In this document: piece by piece, positions 49,831 through 61,745 of the stretch
How the letters are laid out: each line of letters opens with the position of its first letter
Numbering within the stretch: position 1 is the first letter of the stretch
Assembly: GCA_951406725.2 (NCBI GenBank)
Contig: OX597822.1
Coordinates: forward strand, 37,262,001-37,326,000
Direction: 5' to 3'
From: Octopus vulgaris
Taxonomy: Eukaryota
Length of the DNA: 64,000 nucleotides
Translations under genes and position numbers: made by a program
Notes under the pieces: model-generated
The model's input: the letters and a program-made list of their open reading frames with translations, nothing else
What the model was told of the DNA's origin: nothing
Database searches by the model: none

Positions 49831-52800
49831 TATATATATAGATATATATATATATATATGGTTCTGAAAGTAACCAACTGTATGTATTTAATTGCCTTCC
49901 AAACTAAAGATACAGTTTAATTTAATTGCATCAAGGCAGCTATAAGATGTTGCATAACCATACAGCTCTGAGTACACGGCTTCTTAGAGCAAAAACAGCT
50001 GCATACTAATGAGGCTGGTTACAAAACTCCTGTTCTCTTGTCATTGAGATATATATATATATATTAATAACTGCTAAATTGATAATGTGACTACACATAA
50101 TTCTTTACATCTCTCACTCATATTATATATATATAATGACCGTGGGATAGCACCTAGAAAGTTACCCCCCTGAGGAACAAGTCTGGGCAAGGTTGTTTAT
50201 GGAAGACCAGCAGTTGCGCATGCATACCAGCCTCCCCTCTGCACGACACCGATGTTATCCAAGAGAAAGTTAAAGGCCGATACAGCCTGACACCAGTGAC
50301 GAAAAGAAAGATATAAGAGATATTGTGTTTGTGGGCCAGCGGTCGAAGAGTGTTGGTGAACAGTGTCGTCTTTAGATATGGGCACATAGGGTAGTTGTTT
50401 GGGGACCCAGCGGTTTTAGGAGCCTTAATGTTAATCCATGTATGTTGTGGTTTGCTCCCAATAAATAAATACTCTAGGCCCTAGTGTATATAGCTTTGCC
50501 CAGGGGCCTATAATGCTGGAAAGAGAGCTCTTTTGGTGAGCAGTTGCCTATCATTTAGTCGGAAGGTCATTTTGGGAAATATCAAAGTGTGTACGTAATA
50601 TCTGTGTGTAAATGTACATAATTGTTATATAAATTCCTACTCGAATAGGCTAGCTAAAATAATATGCAATATCTCGTGTGCGATGATATATTACCTATAA
50701 AAATATTACCTATAAAAAGCAAGAAATATCGCTTTAGTGAACACTGACGCTCGTACCTTTGAAACTACATTTTGTATCACTGCATAGAGTAAACAACTAT
50801 TTTTTTTAATTAAATTTATAAAAAGCTATTTAGAATAGTAATTAAAATAGGAGCACATGTATTTATAAAAAACAATTCTATGGATCTTGGATACGTATAT
50901 TTGTTTAATATATATATATATAAACTTATGTATTAATATTCAGTTTCTACTTCTTTTACATGCGAAGATGTGTCGGGTAGTGTGAGTAGGATGAACAGGG
51001 AAAGGGTGTTACACAATAAGATATTTTTTTTATCAAATCATATTATGGTTGACTTTCAGTGCATGTTAAATTTTAAAAAGAGAAAACATTCAATGGTTTC
51101 AAAAATATGGGACCTAAAACTGTTGTGTTGATTAAAAGACTTATTTGATGGCTTAACTATCCGATGCATACTGCTTTGTTGATAATCAGATATTTATGAC
51201 GATCATAGCATTTTACGACATAAATAAGTGAGCGAGTTTGTTTGGTAGTAGATATTAACAACATTTTTTCACATTTTCTACGTGATGCACGGGTAATGAG
51301 TGTAACTGACTTGAAAATGTTACTAGTGTTTATTTTATTCCACCTTGGAGGCAGCATTGAAAGTCAATGCGGCATACCGCCACAACGTTATGCAATGAAC
51401 GACTTTTTGCACCATCCCCAAATAGCAAGAAATGGCAGTCAGATCTGAATCAAATAACAATTTTATTATTTTATCAAGCTAAGATATTGTTATCATGAGA
51501 GTTAAGTTGGAAATATTGATAAATAACATCGGGACAATGTATAAGACTGTTAAGGACACCTTGAAAATTTTTCACAGACACGCTTCTCTGTTGCTTCTTC
51601 AATTACATAGTCTAATGTTTACTCTAATATTTTTCAGGCATAAATTAAACTTTTAATGATTTGGTTAGCTTGTAAAAGACTGCAAGGAGCCTAGATGGTT
51701 ATTTAGGCGGGGACTATTAGCAACAAAATTGAGTTATCATAAATACATACCGATCACTTCGTCCTTAGACTCGATAGCAATGAAGGTAAACCGTTAGTTT
51801 CGAAGAATTATTATTATTATTTATATATTTTTCATTTGGCAAAAATATTATTCATGGCTTTCACTTTTCTTCAAGATGAATTTATAAATAATAATATATG
51901 ATATTAAACACTTTGAGATATTCCACGAAGAAAATTAACCCATAAATAATTTAAAGCTACGCTGTAATAGTTTTCACTAGCTCTGTAATATCACTATGTC
52001 AAAGGTGATGGATAGTTTCTTCAAAATTATGGGATTATATTTTTGTATTATTAATGATAATGAAGTGGGAGAAGGAAACACTTTACAAAATTATCCGTAA
52101 ATGATTATAAAAGGAATTTCTTATTCTTTTAGCAATACGCTCTAAATGGATTATAAATAACTTTTGGAAATAAAATACAAGTTTAAAATCATTTTTTGAA
52201 AGTTTTCAACACCGAAAACTAATTTGTTTGATTTTTTAGATTAGTGACATTTAATATATGGATTCAGATTTGCTATAATTAGTGTCAGTGAGTGGAATAG
52301 AATGTCTGAGTTTTGGTCATAGATAGACGAGAAGCTTTAATGAAAATATTGGAAAATATAACTAGGGATTATGACGATATATCTGTAAGCCTCTTGAAAA
52401 TTATCACCAACTCATTATACCGGGACGTAGATGTTTTATACATGCATACATATATAAATTATTTATGGATTAATTTTACACACACACAAATAAAACTCAG
52501 TAAAGATATATCAATTACCAATCAAGATAAATTCTTGATGTAATGAAATTACCTCCCCTTCGAGAGTAAAATAAATAAATGCGTTGTGGCAATTGTACAA
52601 GCGCCTAAAGAGGATGGGAGATTATTTCAAGAATCATGAATTGTCTGAAGCCGACATGCCATTGAGGAAAATATTTGACTGTTTGGAGATAAGCAGACAG
52701 CTGAGGACAAGTGCTTTTGTCTCAATAAACATCAAAAGCACTAGTAAATGGACTTGGATAATTCAGAAAATTTAAACAAAAGTCAGGCAAGAAATAATTG

Positions 52801-55101
52801 AAGGTGGTTAATGACATGGTACTTGCGAAGTGAATAATATCTTTGAGAATAGATTTGTGATTGAAAGATAATAATCACAAATAAGAAATTGGAAAGAAAC
52901 AATATTCCTATTTATTCTGGAGGAAATAAACCAATAGAATACAGAAGTTGAATTATCCCAGTGTGGTAGAGGAGAGCAGTTTTCAATATCCAAGTACTAT
53001 TAACCCCATAAAACTAACTGACATTGAAGCAGCTATGCAAGCAGCAAAATTATAAACGAAAAAATCTTGGATTAAGAAAAAAACAAATCAAGTTGGTCAA
53101 AATTAGTGACTTCAGGTCCACATATAGCATACCATCTTCATATCTGGCAGTCTATACTGGGAGAATAGTTTTATTATCCTTTGTAACTTCAACTGATTAA
53201 AAAAAAAGAAAAATAGATAAATTCAAGGACCTCCACAAATTTGTTAAAGATCTGGCTTCAAAATGACTGTCAAAACACAACAAAAATAATCCACTTCTTA
53301 GATATAACTTAACCCCAAATAGTTCAACTTACCAAACGATTTCAATATATACACAAATTAACAAATGATCCTCAAAAACATTATTAACAATCTAGTTTAT
53401 AATATTTCACTTATAAATTAGGCAATGACTTGGCAGAATTGTTAGGATGCCAGACAAAATGCTTAGCTGTATTCCATCCATCTTTACATTCTGAGTTCAA
53501 ATTCCTCCAAAATCCTTTTGGGGTTGATAAAATAAGTACCAGTTGAGCACTGGGGACAATATAATCGACTTAGCCCTTACTTCGAAATTGCTGGCCTTGT
53601 GCCAAAATTTGAAACCAGTATTTCACTTCTAAATTAGACTTGAATGAAGAAATCTTTATTGAAAACTCCCATGACTATAATAATACACCATCATCATTTT
53701 ATATCCATGTTCCATGCTGGCATGGGTTGAACAGTTTGATAAGAGCTAGTCAGGCAGAAGACTGCTCCTCACTTCTGTGTCTATTTTGGCATAGCTTTTT
53801 CAGCTGGATACTCTTCCTGACACCAACCACCCTGCAAAGTGGGCTGAGTGCTTTTTACATAGCACCAGTACATGCAAGGTCAGTTCGAGTATGGTTTTTA
53901 CAGCTAGATGCCCTTCCAAATGCCAACTGCTTTACAGGGTGGACTGGGTGCTTTTTAAGTGTCACCAGCACTGGCAGGGTCATCAAGTAACTTGCAAGAC
54001 GAGGAATCTTTGAGAGGGGAGCAGGTATTGGAGGAGGTGATCTTGTGTCAGATGATGAAAGGTTAGAATATGACAGAGAGACAGAAATAGATGTCTTGCT
54101 GTAGAGGAGGTACAAGGTTACCCAGCTGGAGAAAGGGAGGGAGAGACAGAGATTAAGACTGAGGGCAGAAACAGGTGTGCTGCTGTAGAGGTGATACGTG
54201 GTTACCTAGAGGGAGAGAGAGTTAACAAGAAAGAGGGCAGAAACAGGTATGTCACTGTAAAGGAGATACATGGTTACCTAACTATAGGTAAGAGCAAGAG
54301 AAGGAAGGAGAGAGAGTGATCAAAAATGAGGGCAGAAACAGATGTGCTGCTGTAGTGGAGATACATGGTTTACCAGCCAGAGGGAAAAGTAAGGGAAAGA
54401 GAGAGAGTGTGGGAGACAGCATAAAAGAGATGGTGGCAAAGTGCCAGGGTATACTTACAAGGAATGGGGATCAGAGCATGGATAGGATGGTAAAGTAAGG
54501 AAGAGATCAATAAATGGTGGCAAGTGCCAGGGCATAACCCCAAGGTATGGAGGTTATAATATATGTGGCAGGATATTGCCAAGAAGACACGAGTAGGGAG
54601 TGGGGGTAGAGAATACTGTAACTGGTGAGAACCTGGGTATATAGAGGGGGTGGGGAAATCAATATTACAGTGTGCAGGGTAAAAATAGTTCCACAAAAGA
54701 GATGAAGTGCTGCCCCAATATTAATATATTAATAGTATTGGATAAGCAAAAAATAAAGGCATGGCCCATTCTTTGATGCAGAAATCAAAACATCTCTCAC
54801 AAAAAACTTTTTTCAGCTACTATACAGATTTCCCAGCTAAATATAAATACACAGAAGACTTAACAAAAACATAAAACTCTCATACTTCATCACTCCTAAC
54901 TCCTCACTAATTTTACTTACATCTAATGAAAACTTAGTACCCGGTTCATCAAAACAAATACTGAAAATTGCAATTGCTCAAACAAAAACATATGCCCTTT
55001 ACAAGGAGAGTGTGTACAAGAGAATTATTATATTGTGTAATAGTCAAAAACTAACCTTTTTATCCAAACCTCTATTCTTCTGTTTCAACGTCATATATAT
55101 A

Positions 55102-55490
55102 TCTATATATATAAAACTGAGACTGTGTTTATGTGTGCATCACTAAAACTTGAGAACCACCTAACTGATTTCATTCAAATTTTACACATGCCTTACTTAC
55201 ATGGAGCATGATAGGCTAAAGTATATTTTCGACTTCTTGCCTAATGTGAGCCCGGAACAATCTCTTATCTCATACACTGTTTCAGTATTACATGTCAAAA
55301 GTGAAACAATAACATCTCTATTGTAATGTGATTGTGATACTTTCACTTTATGATTTCAATTACTTTCACTATGTGTATATATATATATATTAGTTTCACC
55401 ATGTATTTATATACATGTTTATATATACAAAATTAACAGAATGAATTAAAAATCCAAGGCTGTGAAAGATTTCAGAACATTTATAAAAAG
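55102..55490 (+). mobile_element. Possible non-autonomous Helitron-like element
   Basis: TCTATATATATAAAA..TGTGT..GATTTCATTCAAATTTTACAC 5'-end pattern; similar start at about 56228; no 3' end confirmed. Confidence 0.35.
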
Positions 55491-55556
55491 GTCTTACAGC
55501 TGTTTCTGGGATAATTTATATATCCATTCATTGGAGATGGTGCGAGAAAATGGCAC

Positions 55557-56208
55557 ATCATGATTCTCTCTCACACACTGTCTTACAACACGAAATACCT
55601 CAAGTCTTTGATCCTTACAGCGCAGAACATTGGCAAATTTTTTATCTGCTTCCCCTCTGGCTAAGTAAACCTGTCTCCTAGCTTCCCCTCTGGCAGTCTG
55701 ATACAATTCCCTGCTACCACCATTCTTCCAGTCCTTCCAAGCCTGTCTCTTTTCTCTAATAGCCCTGTCTACAACATTGTTCCACCACCACATTATTTTG
55801 GGTCGAGAGGGGACTTTGCACCATACACAGATCTGGTCAGTGGCTCTCAGCAGGTTGTCCCATAGAAACCTCTAGTTGTCTTCTACACTGTGAAGCTATA
55901 TCCCCTTCTATTTAATCAAAAGCTTCGAGTAATATGTCCCTAAATCTCTGTCCATTCGCAGGATCTTTAAGCTTCCAGACCCTTCTTTTCCATGCTGGTT
56001 GTCTTCTGGGCGTCCACTTAGTCCTGATCTTAAAGTCACTAACTACCAGTCTATGTTGTGGGGTACATTCTTCGCCTGGGAAAGTTTTGGCATTTATAAG
56101 CAGCCATCTTTCCCTTTTTCTGGAATGGGATCTAGTCAATTTGGCTAGTATGTCAGCCCGATCAGTAGGTGACTAGGTGACTGGTAGGTTTCCTGAAGTT
56201 AGTATTGC
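55557..56208 (-). mobile_element. RTE LINE fragment (end of APE endonuclease plus linker)
   Basis: NTNFRKP..TY*SG*HTSQID, QHRLVV, WKLKD, WWWNNVVDRAIREK. Confidence 0.85.
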
Positions 56209-57555
56209 ATATATATATATGGATATATCTACTACATATGTGGAAATCTGTGGGTGTGTTTGTTTGTGGCTGTTATCTAACTCCCACTATATTGTTTTAT
56301 CGATTTTGATGAAACCTGATACGTGCGTAGAACTCATGTCTGGAAAACTAGTGACATACTTAGATTGTTGAAAACAATCGATAATAGAGCCCCTGGAAGG
56401 GATTCTTATCTCTACTACATATAACTAATATATTATTCATGTTCGTAAATTATTTTGTATAAATCAAATTGAGTATGCTTATTTCTTAGTATTTGAACTA
56501 TTTGAGTTATTTTTGCAATTTATCCAGTACAACACTTACACAATAAATACTATTTTCCTAAACGATAGATCCACTTATTTTGGTTAGTGACTTATTCATG
56601 GATATACCAACACTAGCGCCACTGAGCGTAATATTCTCTGAGAACGCACAAAAACTTTTTGCAGAATTATTTACTATGAATTGTTATTATCTCATATATA
56701 TGTAGGTATGTACATAGATGTATGTATATATGCATATATTTATATTATATGATCAAACGCCACGCATCCCTTTCTAAGTAAGTTTTATCTTAATAATTAC
56801 AATGTGCACTCTTCTATCTTTACTATCTCTCTCCCCCTCTTTTCCTTCATCCTTTCTGATTTTCTCTCCCACCCTTCTCTATTCTTCTCCTCTTCTCTTC
56901 ACCGTTCCCTCTCTCTCACTCCTCCTCCTCGACTCTCTCATCACTGACACGTGACGAAAGAGAATCTACCTTTCTACCCACAACCTTCGTAAAGACTAAA
57001 TGTGCTTATACTGTCTCCTTCATAAGCTTGTCTTCCTATACGTTCAGAATAATTTTCTAATCATTTTGGCTTAACAACCCTCACTGTTCTGTTTTCTACT
57101 GTTTTTACTTTTTTATTATTTTTACTGTTTTGTTCTCACTGTCCTGTTCTTTTACCACTTTCGCCCTCCCCAAAAAATCCCAAATTTTATTTAATTTCCT
57201 TTGCGGGAAGGACCGTTTCAACAAAGTCACGTCTTGTCCTTGCCTTTGAAACATGGAGTAGTTGAAACAGGGACAACTGAAGAAGGAGAATATTCTTTAT
57301 GTTGTATGTCTTGTTTCTCTTTTTACGTTGTTAGAAAAAAAGTTTGTTTCTATGTTTTTGTTTTTATGTTTTCGCTTCTCATTGTGTTCAGTGTTTTTTT
57401 GATGTCCCGTATCAATATATGCATGTATATGTACATATACATGTAGGTATGTACATATATGTATGTATATAGGCATATATTTATATTATTATATATATAT
57501 ATATATTTATATAAATATATATATGTATATATATATATGCATATATACATATATA

Positions 57556-57605
<50 letters not shown>

Positions 57606-57975
57606 GTTTATATATGGATATATATATATATATATATATATAATAGCCTCAAGCCGACCAAAGCCTTGTGAGCGGATTTCATACATGGAAACTGAAAGAA
57701 GATTGTCATGTATATGTGTATATTTGTGTGTCTGTGTTTGTAGCCCCAACATTGTTTGACAACCGATGTTGCTGTGTTTAAGTTCCCATAACTTAGCTGC
57801 TTGGCAAAAAAACACTAATAGAATAGGTACTAGGCATGCAAAGAATAAATCCTGTGGTCAATTTGTTCGACCAATGGCAATGCTCCAGCATGGCTACAGT
57901 CACCTGACTGAAACAAGTGAAACAATAAAAAACTATGCCATTTTAATCCAGAGCAAGGTTGGGTATCTCTGCTAG

Positions 57976-58008
<33 letters not shown>

Positions 58009-58770
58009 CATACAAACATACATACATAAATATGTTTAATGATGTGTATGTACATCACCCTGCTTGATCGCTAAATCCACAAGTTTTTCTCTCTCTGTTT
58101 ATTTTCTCTTATTCCTTTCTGTTGAAGAGCATAGGCTCAAAACATAAAAGACTTTCGCATTAAACTAATACACCTGCTTGTTATTTGTACACATGTCTTT
58201 GTTTTTTGTTTTTCTGTAAATTTCAACTATATACATATACATGTGCTTGTGTATGTGTGTGTGTATATATGTGTGTGTGTGTGTGTGTGTATTATCTTTT
58301 GTTTTTATATTATAATAAAAACAATTTTCCAATAAGTTGAGGGATTAGTCAATATATTTGGTAGTGTATATCTTTATTATTCTTTGATAAGAATAGTACT
58401 GACAGTGAGTTTGAAGTTTCAGCCAGATAAGCCATCATCAGACTAGAAATCATTTAAGTTCATCTTGGCATTATATAGTCTCTGTTAATTTCAAATTTTC
58501 TAGTGTAACTTGAATTCTGTTGAATGATAATTATGATAATCATGCTGTATGTTACATTGTATGGAGAATTTTTATTGGTTAAATTTGGGTAAGTGCTAAT
58601 GGTTAGAATTTATTCATGCATGTATAGCTTTGTGTGTGCTTAGGTGTGTCATGTTCAAGTCAAAGGATTTCACAAAAGAATATTGTAATGTTGTTAGTCA
58701 CAGCACTGTCACACAGTTTGGTTGTTGGTTGGTGTATTTAGATATTAACTTTATAATTTGAGAATGTGTA

Positions 58771-59145
58771 GGTACAGGTGTGGCTGTGTGGTAAGTAGCT
58801 TGCTTACCAACCACATGGTTCCAGGTTCAGTCCCACTACCTGGCACCTTGGGCAAGTGTCTTCTATTATAGCCTCGGGCCGACTAAAGCCTTGTGAGTGG
58901 ATTTGGTAGACGGAAACTGAAAGAAGCCCATCATATATATATATGTGTGTGTCTGTGTTTGTCCCCCCAACATTGCTTGACAACCGATGCTGGTGTGTTT
59001 ACATCCCCATAACTTAGCGATTCAGCAAAAGAGACCGATAGACTAAGTACTAGGCTTAGAAAGAATAAGTCCTGGGGGCGATTTGCTTGACTAAAGGTGG
59101 TGCTCCAGCATAGCCACAGTCAAATGACTGAAACAAGTAGAAGAG
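58771..59145 (+). mobile_element. SINE family A, full length
   Basis: Homologous to 10411-10770. Confidence 0.8.
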
Positions 59146-60021
59146 TGTAAGTTAAATCCTACACTTCAGTCCAGTTTTTATCCTTTGTAGTTAGGTGTGT
59201 TTTCTTGGTATGTTAGCTTGTAAGGGATTAGTATTTAAAGGTTCACAAAAGAATGTAGCTGGGTGGTGAGGTTTATTTCACTAGCACATTGGTAATATTT
59301 ATGGGTTTTTTTCCTGTCTATAGACAAATATGATGACCAACAACTTTTAAACCAACCTATATACTCTTGTGAACATTAAAACATTGGCTTAAGAAACCCT
59401 CCATACTAATATCACTGCAGCATACTTAAGTAGCCACCAACACTTTCTAATGTAAGGAAGACAATAATATTATTGTCTTTCATACATTAAAAATCTGAAG
59501 ATGTATTTTTGTATGTGTGCATACTGGAGTTCAAACATTGATGTAACCATGATATTCTGTTGATCTGATGAGCCAGCTTTCTATATCTGCATTTGTTTGT
59601 AAAATGTACAATAATACTATGCAATTTATAGTATACACATTAATGCAGATTTGTAAAATGATTTATTATACACTAAAATAAATTATTTTTGCATGTTTGC
59701 TGAGAAACAGTTGTCATCCTATGGATATCAACTTGTGAAACAAATATATTCATTTCATACCTTCTGACTTCCTTTATATTCTATATACTCCTTATGAAAT
59801 AACTTTCACATATTGGATTTACTGTATTTTAAACTGCATAGGACTCTACATTACACTACTATGTATTTGTTTACTATGTGGTTTGTAGCTGGATCCACAA
59901 AGGGAGCTTTTTCATGATGACCACTGGATTATATAAATCCATATATTGTGCATTACATTTATACACACACACATGCACATACACTCTAGCTTTGCCTTAC
60001 CGTTGAAAAAATCTTAGCAAT

Positions 60022-60863
60022 TTAAATACTACACGTTTTCTTAGCTGATAAGTCATTTCTCAGCATTTTAGCTATGGTTAAAGTATAAATAACAATTCAA
60101 AAACCTATAATCACAACACACACACACACGTGTGTGTGCATGCATGCACTTTTAATGCAAGTGCTGTGTATGCACCACTACAAACACTTATAAAGAATGG
60201 GGTAGAATTTTTCATTGTAAATATTTGTATTTGTTCATATATTTTTGAAACATAAAGATCATCTATCTATCTACTCTAGTGTCTTTTAAAAGTTGAATAA
60301 AATGTTTTTTTATTTTAAATCAATGAAATTTACAAGATCAATATGATCACTACTACTGCCAACAACATTCCCATCATCTCCAGCATTTCCATGACCAACA
60401 CCAACACCAAAACTGATACAATCACCACTACTAACCTATTATTTTTTAATAATCAACTGGCAATAATAATACTGCTATCAGCCCAATAAAAATGCCTGTA
60501 GCTACATATGTTGTATATCAATACAAAGGAATGTGTTTAAATACTACATGTTTTTTAGCTGAATAGTCATTTCTCAGCATTTTAGCTATGATTAAAGTAT
60601 AAATAACAATTCAAAAACCTATAATTACAACACATACACACACGTGTGTGTGCATGCATGCACTTTTACTTTTAATGCAACTGCCAACAACATTCCCATC
60701 ATCTCCAGCAGTACCATGGCCAACACCAACACCAAAACTGATACAATCACCACTACTAACCTATTATTTTTTAATAATCAACTAGCAATAATAATACTGC
60801 CATCAGCCCAATAAAAATGTCTGTAGCTACATATGTTGTATATCAATACAAAGGAATGTGTTT
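60022..60863. repeat. Local tandem duplication (about 515-bp unit; copy 2 lacks about 190 bp)
   Basis: 60022-60160 matches 60537-60680, and 60356-60538 matches 60681-60863. Confidence 0.9.
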
Positions 60864-61539
60864 ATGTATGTGTAGAGTGTGGAGTTTTAATGATTTAAGT
60901 CAGAAGTACAAGGAGCAAAATGCCAGTGAATCCAATAATCATTCAGTTAACTAATCATACATGACTTCCTTTCGCCACACTCTTTCACCCATTTATCTTC
61001 GTTCCTATAGAAAGAGATAATGTGCCATAAACATCAAACAATTTTGGATAAATTCTGCATTCCTGAAGTAAATGTTGATGATGATGAACTATATAATAGA
61101 ACATTGTGTCCCTCAATCTCTTATACCCTACCTCAGAAGTCAATATCTTTTTTGATTACATACCCTATTACGATTTTTATTTATTCCCTAATGTATATGC
61201 GTATGCTTAGAAATTGTTATTTTAATGCATAAAATTCATGTATCGTTTTTTAACCTGCAAAAATCCTAAGGAATACATCTTATTTTATAACATAAAAATC
61301 AATGGAAAAATTAATTCCGCATTACAAGGATTTGTGTTACAGCAAGGCTTTCACGAACACCCCATTTCCGTAACGCTCGAAATCACCCACCTCTCTAACT
61401 ACATACATATATAGATATTCACAAACACACATGAATACTTGATAACTTACATTGGCATTAAGCCTGAATAATATATATATAGAGAGAGAGACATACATAC
61501 ACATATATTTATGAAACAATAAGAAAAAAACAAAAAGAA

Positions 61540-61665
61540 ATACAGTCCGTGTTTTAAATTCGGGAATATTTCAGTAGTCACCGGTCTTTACGCCATTTTA
61601 TAGCCATTGGAAGCTGAACGTTTTCTGCGAGCTCCTTCTATTTTAACTGAAAAATCTCCGTCAAG
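61540..61665. promoter_or_regulatory. CpG-rich promoter of eEF1B with pyrimidine (TCT/5'TOP-like) start and YY1-like site
   Basis: CTCCTTCT at about 61632 upstream of the ATG; CGCCATTTT at 61591-61599; local CpG enrichment against depleted surroundings. Confidence 0.6.
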
Positions 61666-61745
61666 ATGGGTTTTGGAGACCTGAAAACAGATGCTGGTTT
61701 GAAAGCTTTAAACGAGTATATGTCTACTCGCAGCTACGTCGAAGG
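61666..61745 (+). CDS. EEF1B2: Elongation factor 1-beta (eEF1B-alpha) first coding exon, [27 protein letters not shown]; the gene continues beyond the window
   Basis: Characteristic EF-1beta N-terminus MGFGDLK...SY.EG; 80 nt ending GG|GTATGA (phase 2); good Kozak context AAGATGG. Confidence 0.92.

Noticed and set aside
57240-57292. Permuted hammerhead-like GAAAC...CTGAAGA
   Set aside because: Stem I and the cleavage triplet cannot be formed convincingly
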